IMG/VR virus record: IMGVR_UViG_3300018475_000004
Length of the DNA: 64,000 nucleotides
Source: a virus
Lineage: Duplodnaviria; Heunggongvirae; Uroviricota; Caudoviricetes
Direction: 5' to 3' (one strand)
The notes under the pieces are model-generated. The model did no database searches. It saw nothing but the letters and a program-made list of their open reading frames with translations, and was not told the origin of the DNA. Positions 10,393-19,052 of this stretch are shown here, one piece after another. How positions within the stretch are numbered: the stretch's first letter is position 1; every line of letters begins with the position of its first letter. A program made the translations under genes and the position numbers.

Positions 10393-10658
10393 TAACATAT
10401 TTTACAATATATACAATCGCCACAACAGCCTTTCAAATTTTTCTCGCTATGATTTGCGAATTTCAGTTTACTTGGAGTTGGATAAATCCTTATGTGATTT
10501 ATGAGAATGTCCGAGTCAATCGCTTTGGTTGCTTGGTATTGACAATTCTCGCCCATTTGGTAGTTGGTCCTATTTTTGCGGCTTTCTATTGGTTCTATAA
10601 GCTGTGTACTGTAGGTCGAGACAAAGAGGATGAAAGGAAGGAAAACCGCATATGCTAA
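10389..10658 (+). CDS. Small membrane protein (2-3 TM)
   Basis: GGGAGG RBS then GTG 10389. The ORF track starts it earlier at TTG 10374. Hydrophobic. Confidence 0.4.
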   Translation: MITYFTIYTIATTAFQIFLAMICEFQFTWSWINPYVIYENVRVNRFGCLVLTILAHLVVGPIFAAFYWFYKLCTVGRDKEDERKENRIC

Positions 10659-10834
10659 AGAAAGATTGGGATCATATCGGAGATAAAATCGGTTATGTTT
10701 GCGACTTGACCGAAGAATTACTCGCAAGAGAAATCACCAATAACTGCATCCATAAAGATCTGACCGATGTAAGTTGGGAAGAACTATGTGATGCCGCAAT
10801 CGAATTACTCGAAGAAATAAAGGTGGAGTGGTAA
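10652..10834 (+). CDS. Hypothetical protein (60 aa)
   Basis: ORF with TAA stop, overlaps the neighbouring gene. Confidence 0.4.
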   Translation: MLKKDWDHIGDKIGYVCDLTEELLAREITNNCIHKDLTDVSWEELCDAAIELLEEIKVEW

Positions 10835-11016
10835 TGTGGCCTTTTAAGAAAAAGCATACTTATTTCATCGTCTGGAGCTACGGTCAATATCAAGATGAAG
10901 TGGGTCTGAGATACACAGACTATATAAAAGCTCCCGATATTGTCTCAGCTTGGGCGAAGCTGAAGCGACAACATGCCTTCCCTATCTATTTATTAGATAT
11001 TGAAAAGGTGGAATAA
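10828..11016 (+). CDS. Hypothetical protein (62 aa)
   Basis: RBS aaggtggagtgg; overlapping start. Confidence 0.4.
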   Translation: MVMWPFKKKHTYFIVWSYGQYQDEVGLRYTDYIKAPDIVSAWAKLKRQHAFPIYLLDIEKVE

Positions 11017-11120
11017 AAATGTACCAAGTGCTACTCGGCGCCGCAGGTTTGGCGCTACTAATCTTTATCGTATTTTGGGGACCACCTAGTCCCCCAACAC
11101 CACCAGCGAGGTTTGCGTAA

Positions 11121-11414
11121 ATGAAAGAAATGATTGAAAAAGCCAGATATTCTCTAACAAAAAATATCCTCGAACTAACAATTCCTGAACTTTTGGAGGA
11201 CGATGAAAAAATCATTGATCTCAAGGAGTTCGAATATTGTCCGTCTGACATACTCGATATGCTACAAGAGTTGGGGTGGGAGTATGAATTACTGGATGAG
11301 AATGGCTGGGAACAGGATACCGAATATCTGCTAACCCATGATATGTATAAAAAGCAACTTCTTCTGTGTTACTCCGGTTTTTACTGGACTATGCACTTAC
11401 AAGTAAAAGACTAA
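11121..11414 (+). CDS. Hypothetical acidic protein (97 aa)
   Basis: ATG 11121; TAA stop. Confidence 0.45.
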   Translation: MKEMIEKARYSLTKNILELTIPELLEDDEKIIDLKEFEYCPSDILDMLQELGWEYELLDENGWEQDTEYLLTHDMYKKQLLLCYSGFYWTMHLQVKD

Positions 11415-11432
11415 AAGAAAGGAGGGCTAGGC

Positions 11433-12317
11433 TTGACTGTAGTTAGCCCCAAAGAGCTACACGATGCTCTCGTGATGAAGAGGGTACGAGATCATTACGA
11501 AGAAGCCTTACAGTATTTTCCTGAATACCAGATTGTAGGCTGCTTCTTACAGGGTAGTCAAAACTATGGACTGGATTATGAAGGTTCTGACGTTGACACT
11601 AAATTGATTATCGTACCAAAATTCGCAGATATTTGCTTGAACCGCAAGCCAATATCTACTACTCATGTTCGTGAAAACAACGAGCATACTGACTGGAAGG
11701 ACATTCGTCTGTATATGGAAACTTTCCGGAAGCAGAATTTGAACTTCCTTGAAATCCTTTTTACTCCTTACTACATCATCAACCCTATGTATCGGGATGA
11801 ATGGATGCGCTTAGTGGAGCATCGAGAGGAAATCGCCCGCATGAACCCCTTCCGTGCGGTCAAATCTATGAAGGGCATCGCCCATGAAAAGTATGCGGCA
11901 ATGGAAAAGCCTTACCCCTCCAAACTGGAAATCATTGAAAAGTATGGCTACGATGGTAAGCAGAACTCTCACTTGGAGAGAGTTGATGACTACCTTGAGC
12001 GATACATCGCCGGTGAGAGCTATGAAGATTGCTTGAAGCCAACTCCAGCAAGAGTTCCTCATATCATGGATTACAAAATGTTGGATGTAATCCCTCTGGA
12101 AATTGCTCGCGAAGAAGCTAAGGTTACTCTTGCTCATATGGATAAGATGGCCGAGGATTTCTGTGCTCGCACACCAGAAGTAGAAGATGAAAGCATGAGA
12201 CAACTGCTTGAATCTGTAAGCTATGGTATCATGGAAACCGCAGTAAAATACGAACTCGGTTTCCTTGAACCAGAACTTACCTATGACAGTGAAACCTTAG
12301 GAGGATTTAAGGCATGA
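11433..12317 (+). CDS. Nucleotidyltransferase-fold protein (Pol-beta superfamily; motif GSQNYGL...SDVD), possibly RlaP-like
   Basis: AAAGGAGGG RBS then TTG 11433. The GS-x(n)-DxD NTase signature is present. Confidence 0.5.
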   Translation: MTVVSPKELHDALVMKRVRDHYEEALQYFPEYQIVGCFLQGSQNYGLDYEGSDVDTKLIIVPKFADICLNRKPISTTHVRENNEHTDWKDIRLYMETFRKQNLNFLEILFTPYYIINPMYRDEWMRLVEHREEIARMNPFRAVKSMKGIAHEKYAAMEKPYPSKLEIIEKYGYDGKQNSHLERVDDYLERYIAGESYEDCLKPTPARVPHIMDYKMLDVIPLEIAREEAKVTLAHMDKMAEDFCARTPEVEDESMRQLLESVSYGIMETAVKYELGFLEPELTYDSETLGGFKA

Positions 12318-12604
12318 GTTATTGTCCCCTATGTTGCAGTCAGCATGGTTATGTGCCAGTCTGTAAGGGTAATGAATGTGAACTAACTGATGAAGCTGGC
12401 GAGTGCCTTATCAAACAGGCACTTGCCTGCTATGTCCAAGATAAACGAGAAGCGCGTGCCGCACGAGAAGCATTAGAAAAAACTACCTATGCGGATATTT
12501 TTGATGCGTTCTTTATGCCAAAAGGAGCAAAACAAGAACCCACGAGCGCACAGAAACTAAAGGAAATGCGATCAGATGATCCTATTCCTCCACGATACAT
12601 TTAA
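12314..12604 (+). CDS. Cys-rich hypothetical protein (96 aa)
   Basis: ATG overlaps the preceding TGA; TAA stop. Confidence 0.5.
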   Translation: MSYCPLCCSQHGYVPVCKGNECELTDEAGECLIKQALACYVQDKREARAAREALEKTTYADIFDAFFMPKGAKQEPTSAQKLKEMRSDDPIPPRYI

Positions 12605-12629
12605 GGGAGCCATCAAGGCTCCCTTTTTT
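12605..12629 (+). terminator. Terminator (gggagcc...ggctccc plus T6)
   Basis: Seen in sequence. Confidence 0.7.
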
Positions 12630-12656
12630 GATTTTTATAAAAAAATATGTTATAAT
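12628..12656 (+). promoter_or_regulatory. Conserved cassette promoter
   Basis: ttgatttttataaaaaaatatgttataat. Confidence 0.7.
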
Positions 12657-12685
12657 ATATATAAAGAAATGAAAATATGGACAAA

Positions 12686-12722
12686 GAATAATAATTGAAC
12701 CCCGACTTTTTTCAATTATTAT
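12686..12722 (+). other. 13-bp perfect inverted repeat (aataataattgaa / ttcaattattatt) in the 5'UTR of the endonuclease gene
   Basis: Seen in sequence, between the promoter and the GAAGGAG RBS. Confidence 0.4.
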
Positions 12723-12738
12723 AGAAGGAGTTGATTAT

Positions 12739-13468
12739 TTGGGAAGAAAACCAAGAGATTTTTCTATTGAAACAATAGGATAGCTACAACCATTATATAT
12801 AGATGAAACAAAACCTCGGGGAAAAGGTCATAATATTTATTGGATTTGTCGCTGTTCTTGCGGTAATTTGACTAGTGTTAATAGCTGCAATCTAAATAGT
12901 GGAATAAAATCTGGACAAAATATGAGTTGTGGAAAATGTCATGCTCAAAGAAATGATTTAACGGGAAATGTTTATGGAAAACTTACCGTTAAAGGTCCAG
13001 ATAATAATTATATTAGCACAGAAGAAAATGGATGGAAAAGTAAGTGGATTTGTGAATGTGAATGCGGTAATATAGTATCTATATTCGGCTCAAATCTAAC
13101 AAGATTACATACAACAAGTTGTGGATGTGCTAATCGTTCTATTGGCGAAGAAAATATTGAATTATTATTAAGAGAAAATAATATTAACTATGCTAAAGAA
13201 TATAGCTTCTCAGATTTAAGAAATAAAAAAAGACTACGATTTGATTTTGCTATTTTTGATAGTAATAATGTCTTGTCTCATTTAATAGAATTTGATGGAC
13301 GTCAACATAGTAACGATTATACTCCATGGGACAATTCCGAAACTTTAGAAGAAAGATAGTATCGTGATAAGTTAAAAAATGAATACTGTAAAAATCATAA
13401 TATTAAACTTATTCGTATTCCTTATGAAAAACGAGATACTTTAACTTTACAAGATTTAGGAGTGTAAT
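12739..13468 (+). CDS. Homing-endonuclease-like protein: two N-terminal Zn-ribbon modules (W-I-C-x-C-x-CG...SCGC) plus a C-terminal DUF559/Vsr-like PD-(D/E)xK nuclease domain; in-frame TAGs at 12781-12783 and 13357-13359
   Basis: GAAGGAG RBS then TTG 12739 (L/MGRKPRD...). It is paralogous to 15776..16513 along its full length. The conserved C-terminal motif 'NIKLIRIPY' lies downstream of the TAG at 13357, matching the paralog's 'INLIRIPY'. Confidence 0.65.
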
Positions 13469-13470
13469 AT

Positions 13471-14325
13471 ATGATAAAAAATTTTATAATTACAGGAGAC
13501 TGTCACGGTGGCATGGGAGTAGTCAATCGGGCAGGTAATATAAATCGGAATATGCCCAATTTTACTCCCACTGAAACTGCAATCATTATTTTAGGCGATA
13601 GTGGTCTAAATTTTTGGTTAAATAAAACTGATAAAAAATATAAGAAACTGTCCTGCGTATATGGCTATACCTTCTACTGCGTTCGGGGTAATCATGAAGA
13701 GCGGCCTGAAAACTTGGGTTATAAAGTAGAATATGATCCCAATGTGGATGGCGCAGTCTATGTAGATAAAGACTTCCCCAATATTCGGTATTTTGTTGAT
13801 GGTAATGTCTACACTCTCAACAATCATAAGTGCTTGGTTGTTGGCGGTGCTTATTCTGTTGACAAGTGGTATCGGTTGAAGCGGGTTGAAGGTACAAAGG
13901 AACATCCTGGCTGGTTCCCCGATGAACAGCTTACTGAAGCTGAAATGCGGGCGATTATGAACAATACTACCGGAAAAGAGTTTGACTTTGTATTCTCTCA
14001 CACTTGTCCTATCTCTTGGGAGCCTCGGGACTTGTTTATCGGCGGCATTGACCAGTCTATGGTCGATAAGACCATGGAAGTCTGGATGGATAAGTTGAAG
14101 GATAACTTCACTTGGAAATGCTGGTGCTTTGGTCATTATCATGCCGACCGGATTGAACGGCCTTGCGTAGAACAGTTCTATAACGACTATGAGGACTTGG
14201 AGAACATCTGGAATCGGTGGTACGACAAAGAAACTTACTGTCTTGAGTGGTGGCTGCCCAAGAGTCCTTATATGGAATGGTGGGACTTAGAAAATGAAGC
14301 TAAAAGTAAAGAAGCTAACGATTAA
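13471..14325 (+). CDS. Calcineurin-like metallophosphoesterase (GDCHGG / ILGDSG / RGNHE motifs)
   Basis: RBS aggagtg; motifs seen; TAA stop. Confidence 0.7.
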   Translation: MIKNFIITGDCHGGMGVVNRAGNINRNMPNFTPTETAIIILGDSGLNFWLNKTDKKYKKLSCVYGYTFYCVRGNHEERPENLGYKVEYDPNVDGAVYVDKDFPNIRYFVDGNVYTLNNHKCLVVGGAYSVDKWYRLKRVEGTKEHPGWFPDEQLTEAEMRAIMNNTTGKEFDFVFSHTCPISWEPRDLFIGGIDQSMVDKTMEVWMDKLKDNFTWKCWCFGHYHADRIERPCVEQFYNDYEDLENIWNRWYDKETYCLEWWLPKSPYMEWWDLENEAKSKEAND

Positions 14326-14569
14326 GTCCATGGGAATTTCTGTGCTCCTGGCTACAATGCTAACTGTCTGCATTGCATTTTTATCTCTTATGGGATATGG
14401 TGTATTGTGGGGCATATTGGTTGCGGTCTTGTATCCGGTCGCTGAAGCAGGACGCAAGTTCTATCAAGAGAACAAATGCCGTCATATGACTGAGTTTGTT
14501 GAAAAGCTCATGGAAAAGACTATCGAAGAAGAACCAATATCTTCAATCAATGAAGACCCTTATTGGTAA
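14294..14569 (+). CDS. Small membrane protein (the start may instead be ATG 14330)
   Basis: Hydrophobic ORF overlapping the end of the metallophosphoesterase gene; TAA stop. Confidence 0.35.
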   Translation: MKLKVKKLTIKSMGISVLLATMLTVCIAFLSLMGYGVLWGILVAVLYPVAEAGRKFYQENKCRHMTEFVEKLMEKTIEEEPISSINEDPYW

Positions 14570-14573
14570 GATA

Positions 14574-14603
14574 AAGACCCTGTGGCATCCATAGGGTCTT
14601 TAT
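14574..14603 (+). terminator. Terminator hairpin (aagaccct...agggtctt); the T-run is interrupted
   Basis: Seen in sequence. Confidence 0.5.
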
Positions 14604-14632
14604 TGATTTTTATAAAAAAATATGATATAATA
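14604..14632 (+). promoter_or_regulatory. Conserved cassette promoter
   Basis: ttgatttttataaaaaaatatgatataat. Confidence 0.7.
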
Positions 14633-14660
14633 TTTATGTAAGATAAGGGAGGGAAAAGAA

Positions 14661-14909
14661 ATGAAAAAAATAAATCCTTATGAAGTAAGTAGAATGTTCA
14701 GAAAACTGAAATACGATCATCCTTACTTTCATACAATGGCAAAATCGTTTTTCATCATCATGGCGGTACTAATTGCCTTTTTAATTTTCCTTCTGCCGCA
14801 GGCATTATGCGTTTGGCTGAATGCTCCGGATTGCATTTTCCTGTATCTACTGGTAATTCCCTTCCTTTTGGGTTATGCCCATTTCGCAATTGATTGTTTA
14901 GACTACTAA
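14661..14909 (+). CDS. Small membrane protein (82 aa)
   Basis: RBS agggaggg; hydrophobic. Confidence 0.45.
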   Translation: MKKINPYEVSRMFRKLKYDHPYFHTMAKSFFIIMAVLIAFLIFLLPQALCVWLNAPDCIFLYLLVIPFLLGYAHFAIDCLDY

Positions 14910-14927
14910 GAAAAGGAGTTTGATACT

Positions 14928-15674
14928 ATGGCTATTCCCGGAATTTATCCTCAGTTCCAGCATTGGTGTAAGAACACCGTCTGGATGTATTCCGATCCTC
15001 ACTTCGGTGATAAGGATCTCGCCAAGAGCATCAAGAAGCGTCCTTCTGACGCCGAACATATCGCCAAGATCAATTCCAAGGTTGGTAGAAAGGATACTTT
15101 GATTCTCCTGGGTGATGTAGGCGATATTGAATGCGTGCGCCAGCTCCGTGGTTATAAGGTTCTAGTCATGGGCAATCATGATGTGGGCCGCACTAACTAT
15201 GAGCGTAAGATCGTCGAAGAAATCTACGATCAGGACGAGTGGACTCAGGACGAGGTTGTTGTCGATATGACTAAGAAGTATCCCGGTTGGAAGATCTGGG
15301 TTACTGAGCAGTGGGAGTTCCATGCTCCTTTCCAGAGATGGGTGGCTCATGCCGATAACTGCCTCTTTGACGAGGTCTATGAGGGCGCTCTGATTATCGG
15401 TGAGAAGATTATTCTGACCCACGAACCCGTTGATATTCCCTGGCTGTGGAACTTCCACGGTCATGACCATGCTGGCGCTTTCCGTGCCAACCATACCAAT
15501 GTTTGTTCCGATGCTTGCGGCTATGAGCCTCTGCATCTGAACTCCTTCCTCAACAAGTTCGGCATTTCTTCCAAAATCACTTCCATTCACCGCATGGCTA
15601 TTGATGGCGCCATTGAGCGTAAGGCAAAGCGCGGTGGTAAGAAGATTGCGGCAGCCAGGTCAGCCGACCGCTGA
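14928..15674 (+). CDS. Calcineurin-like metallophosphoesterase (SDPHFG / LLGDVGD / MGNHD / GHDH)
   Basis: AAAGGAG RBS; motifs seen; TGA stop. Confidence 0.7.
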   Translation: MAIPGIYPQFQHWCKNTVWMYSDPHFGDKDLAKSIKKRPSDAEHIAKINSKVGRKDTLILLGDVGDIECVRQLRGYKVLVMGNHDVGRTNYERKIVEEIYDQDEWTQDEVVVDMTKKYPGWKIWVTEQWEFHAPFQRWVAHADNCLFDEVYEGALIIGEKIILTHEPVDIPWLWNFHGHDHAGAFRANHTNVCSDACGYEPLHLNSFLNKFGISSKITSIHRMAIDGAIERKAKRGGKKIAAARSADR

Positions 15675-15775
15675 ACCGGAGTTCCGCAATTCTTTGGACG
15701 AAACATTATAATTTCTATTTCGTCAAACTTATATATAGTAGAGAAAAAATACTATGACGAAATGAGGTAAATGTT

Positions 15776-16513
15776 ATGGGAAGAAAAATTGATTTAACTG
15801 GAAAGGTTTTTGGAAAATTAACCGTTATAAAAGAACATTCTGAGCGCACTCCACAAGGTTCTGTTCAGTGGATATGTAAATGTGAATGCGGAAAATCTAC
15901 CATCGTATCGGGAGACAATCTTCGTCGCAACCATACTTTAAGTTGTGGTTGTCTGCAAAAAGAATCTGCCCAAAAGCGAGTAATAGATTTAACGGGGCAA
16001 CGATTTGGTAAATTGGTAGTCACAGGCAAGGCTCCAAATCCTACAGGAGGAAAAAATAGACATTCTTTTTGGTATTGTGATTGTGATTGTGGGAATAGTT
16101 CTTTAATTAAAGATGGAGAAAATATTAAGCGAGGTTTAACCATTTCCTGTGGATGTATTGGTACCTCTAAAGGTGAATATCAAATCCAAGAATTGCTAGA
16201 ATATTATAATATTGAATTTGAAAAAGAAAAAACCTTTGATACTTGTATATTTCCCGATACACAAGCCAAAGCACGATTTGATTTTTATTTACCGACCTAT
16301 AATATAGTAATTGAATTTGATGGTTATCAACACTTCTATTTTACAGGATATGAATGGAATACAGAAGAAAATTATCTTAAAACCATTGAAAAAGATAATT
16401 TTAAGACTAAATGGTGTAAGGATAATGGGATTAATTTAATTAGAATACCCTATACTCACTTATCTACACTTAAAATAGATGATTTATTAGAAAATAGTCG
16501 TTTTATGTTATAA
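15776..16513 (+). CDS. Homing-endonuclease-like protein (Zn-ribbon modules plus DUF559/Vsr-like PD-(D/E)xK), paralog of 12739..13468, with no internal TAG
   Basis: 'WICKCECG...SCGC' occurs twice; 'IEFDGYQH...NLIRIPY' is present. The gene is AT-rich. Confidence 0.7.
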   Translation: MGRKIDLTGKVFGKLTVIKEHSERTPQGSVQWICKCECGKSTIVSGDNLRRNHTLSCGCLQKESAQKRVIDLTGQRFGKLVVTGKAPNPTGGKNRHSFWYCDCDCGNSSLIKDGENIKRGLTISCGCIGTSKGEYQIQELLEYYNIEFEKEKTFDTCIFPDTQAKARFDFYLPTYNIVIEFDGYQHFYFTGYEWNTEENYLKTIEKDNFKTKWCKDNGINLIRIPYTHLSTLKIDDLLENSRFML

Positions 16514-16526
16514 AGGAGAATTAATT

Positions 16527-17309
16527 ATGGCAGTTCATGATGATCTCGGAAATAGAATGAAAACTTATTACGAGGCGGTGCCTAAACATCGCCTCGTAAG
16601 ACGGATGCCTGTGGCAATTCGTATAGATGGAAAAGCATTTCATACTTTTACCAGAGGATTTCAAAAACCTTTTGATGAGGTATTAGGAAATGCTATGGTA
16701 AGAACTATGGAATATTTAGCGAAAAATATTCAAGGATGTGTTTTTGCTTATCAGCAGTCCGATGAAATCACTCTCCTGCTGATTGACTACCAGAAACTCA
16801 CCAGCTCCGCCTGGTTTGATTATGAAATTCAGAAGATGTGTTCCATCTCTGCTTCTATGGCAACCATGGCTTTCAATAAATATTTCCAGGAGGAAGTTCA
16901 GAAGCACATCGACAGCACTGAACCAATCTTCATTACTGATGAAGAGATCAAGCTGATTGATACTTATTCTCGAGCCGCTGAAAAAGGTGCAATGTTTGAC
17001 TCCCGATGCTTCAACATTCCCAAGGAAGAAGCCTGTAACTTGGTCTATTGGCGCCAGTTGGACGCCACCCGCAACTCCATTCAGATGGTCGGTCAGGCAA
17101 ATTATTCTCATGCTGTCCTGCAGGGTATGTGCTGCCAGAACATCAAGACCATGCTGGAAGTGGATAAAGGAATTATCTGGGGTAATTACCCCACTCGCTG
17201 GAAGCGTGGCACCGCATGGAGACGCGACATCGGCGTTGACTATGAAATGCCCATTCTCAAAGGCGAGGACCGCAAGTATGTTGACGACGTGATTTATGTG
17301 GGTGAGTGA
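16527..17309 (+). CDS. Thg1-like protein (tRNA-His guanylyltransferase family; 3'-5' nucleotide addition / tRNA 5'-end repair)
   Basis: 'VAIRIDGKAFHTFTRGFQKPFDEVLGNAMVRTMEYLAKNIQGCVFAYQQSDEITLLL' matches the Thg1 core (VRIDGRxFHxF...KPND...AYGQSDE). Confidence 0.6.
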   Translation: MAVHDDLGNRMKTYYEAVPKHRLVRRMPVAIRIDGKAFHTFTRGFQKPFDEVLGNAMVRTMEYLAKNIQGCVFAYQQSDEITLLLIDYQKLTSSAWFDYEIQKMCSISASMATMAFNKYFQEEVQKHIDSTEPIFITDEEIKLIDTYSRAAEKGAMFDSRCFNIPKEEACNLVYWRQLDATRNSIQMVGQANYSHAVLQGMCCQNIKTMLEVDKGIIWGNYPTRWKRGTAWRRDIGVDYEMPILKGEDRKYVDDVIYVGE

Positions 17310-17698
17310 TTATGAAAAGACTAATCACTCTCCTACTGGCGCTCTGTCTACTATTGACTCTATGCGGTTGTGAACTACGGACCGCAAATGTAGTAAATAC
17401 AACTGCTGAAGCGGTTGATGCTATCGTATATGACTGCTCCATCGATAATTGGGGTTATCGTTATGTATGGGTAGCATATGGCCCTTGTAAAACTCGATGG
17501 ATTGACGAATGGGGCGTACACGAACAATACAAAGATAATTTAGGTAGCACTATTCGTTGTTACCTAATTACTCACGAATATGATGATGGTAGTGTGAAAT
17601 ACTCCCTCGTCTATAATGAAACATTACATAAAGGTATTCCCGAAGGTGAACCTATTCACCCCGAAGACTATACATTTCCAGAAGGAGTAGATGAGTAA
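17306..17698 (+). CDS. Lipoprotein (lipobox LTLCGC)
   Basis: Signal peptide with lipobox. Confidence 0.5.
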   Translation: MIMKRLITLLLALCLLLTLCGCELRTANVVNTTAEAVDAIVYDCSIDNWGYRYVWVAYGPCKTRWIDEWGVHEQYKDNLGSTIRCYLITHEYDDGSVKYSLVYNETLHKGIPEGEPIHPEDYTFPEGVDE

Positions 17699-18085
17699 AT
17701 GAAAAAGATTTTCGCTTTTATCCTCGCGCTATGTATGATTTTCAGTCTGGTTGCTTGCGGCGGCGAGCCTGAGATCGAAATTGAGCCGACTGAAACAGAA
17801 GCTATCGCATATGCGGTTACTGAACCTGTAGTAGAAGAGACTTTACCTCCCATAACAGAAGCTCCGACAGAAGAAACAGTTGGATTTGTTCCCTCTCCCG
17901 AGGCGACAATTCCCGATGAAGAGACTTTCCCTCCTGAGGATCAGGAAGAGGTAATTGACCCTATTGTATATGTCACTAAATCTGGAGAAAAATACCATAC
18001 TGAATCTTGCCGTTGGGGAGATATCCCCATGCTTTTATCTGAAACAATCGCCGCAGGATATGACTCTTGTGATAAATGTTTCTAA
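17699..18085 (+). CDS. Lipoprotein (MKKIFAFILALCMIFSLVACGG), acidic Pro/Glu/Thr-rich linker, C-terminal Cys/His motif
   Basis: Signal and lipobox present; paralog of 18389..18943 at the N-terminus. Confidence 0.55.
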   Translation: MKKIFAFILALCMIFSLVACGGEPEIEIEPTETEAIAYAVTEPVVEETLPPITEAPTEETVGFVPSPEATIPDEETFPPEDQEEVIDPIVYVTKSGEKYHTESCRWGDIPMLLSETIAAGYDSCDKCF

Positions 18086-18097
18086 GGAGGAAATGAA

Positions 18098-18370
18098 ATG
18101 AAAACTCGCAATCTGATTTTTGCAATTCTGTGGGCACTGCTCGCAATTCTGATGGCTGTATGTGCAGTCGCCCAGTGGACGCGCGCAGAATACTGGGCCG
18201 TAGTAATCGCTGCGATGGCTTTTGGCTGTGATTCTTATAATGCCTGGACTCAGCTTGGCTATTGGTTGGAAGCTCGTAAAGCGCTAAAGCGAACCAAGAC
18301 AGAAATTTTCGCTGAATATGATAAAACTATGGCTGAATGGGAGCGTGGCTTCCAGGATGTCACTGAATAA
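18098..18370 (+). CDS. Small membrane protein (90 aa)
   Basis: RBS aaggagg; 2 TM. Confidence 0.45.
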   Translation: MKTRNLIFAILWALLAILMAVCAVAQWTRAEYWAVVIAAMAFGCDSYNAWTQLGYWLEARKALKRTKTEIFAEYDKTMAEWERGFQDVTE

Positions 18371-18388
18371 ATAAAAGAGGTAAAAGAT

Positions 18389-18943
18389 ATGAAAAAGATT
18401 TTCGCATTTATCCTGGCCCTGTGTATGGTATTCTCTCTGGTTGCCTGCGGCGGTGATGAAACGATCACCGTAACTGAAACCATGACTGCTCCGCCTACTA
18501 CTGAGTATGTTGAGGTTGTAGAAACTACTCTGCCGCTCGAAACAACCAATGAGTTCATTCCTTCTCCCGAAGCACCGATTCTGGACTTTGACATTACCGG
18601 TTTTGATATCGTTGAAGACTATGAAGGCAATCCTGCTCTGGTCGTATATCTAATTTGGACTAACACCACTGAAGAGACCACCATGTTCGCTACTACTTAT
18701 GGCGTCAGTGCTTTCCAGGATGGTATTGGTCTAGATCCTGCAATTTTGATTTTAGATGATGACATTGCAAAGCAGTATGATCATGCTATGACTGAGATTC
18801 GTCCTGGTGCTACCATTGAAGTTATGACTTCCTTCGCTTTGCGAAGCGATAATCCTATTGTTGAAGTTGAAGTTGCTCCCTGGATTTCTTTTGATGGTAA
18901 GCCTTTGATGCTTCTCACCATTGACACTTCCGCAAAAGGCTAA
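18389..18943 (+). CDS. Lipoprotein (MKKIFAFILALCMVFSLVACGG...), DUF4352/DUF5067-like C-terminal domain
   Basis: Signal and lipobox present; N-terminus nearly identical to 17699..18085. Confidence 0.55.
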   Translation: MKKIFAFILALCMVFSLVACGGDETITVTETMTAPPTTEYVEVVETTLPLETTNEFIPSPEAPILDFDITGFDIVEDYEGNPALVVYLIWTNTTEETTMFATTYGVSAFQDGIGLDPAILILDDDIAKQYDHAMTEIRPGATIEVMTSFALRSDNPIVEVEVAPWISFDGKPLMLLTIDTSAKG

Positions 18944-18958
18944 GTCCCGATAAAATAT

Positions 18959-18988
18959 AAGCCCTTCCCATTCGGAAGGGCTTATTTG
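18959..18988 (+). terminator. Terminator hairpin (aagcccttcc...ggaagggctt)
   Basis: Seen in sequence. Confidence 0.6.
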
Positions 18989-19014
18989 ATTTTTATAAAA
19001 AAATATGATATAAT
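18986..19014 (+). promoter_or_regulatory. Conserved cassette promoter
   Basis: ttgatttttataaaaaaatatgatataat. Confidence 0.7.
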
Positions 19015-19052
19015 ATATATAGAAAATGAGAAAGTAAGGGAGGAGCATAATA

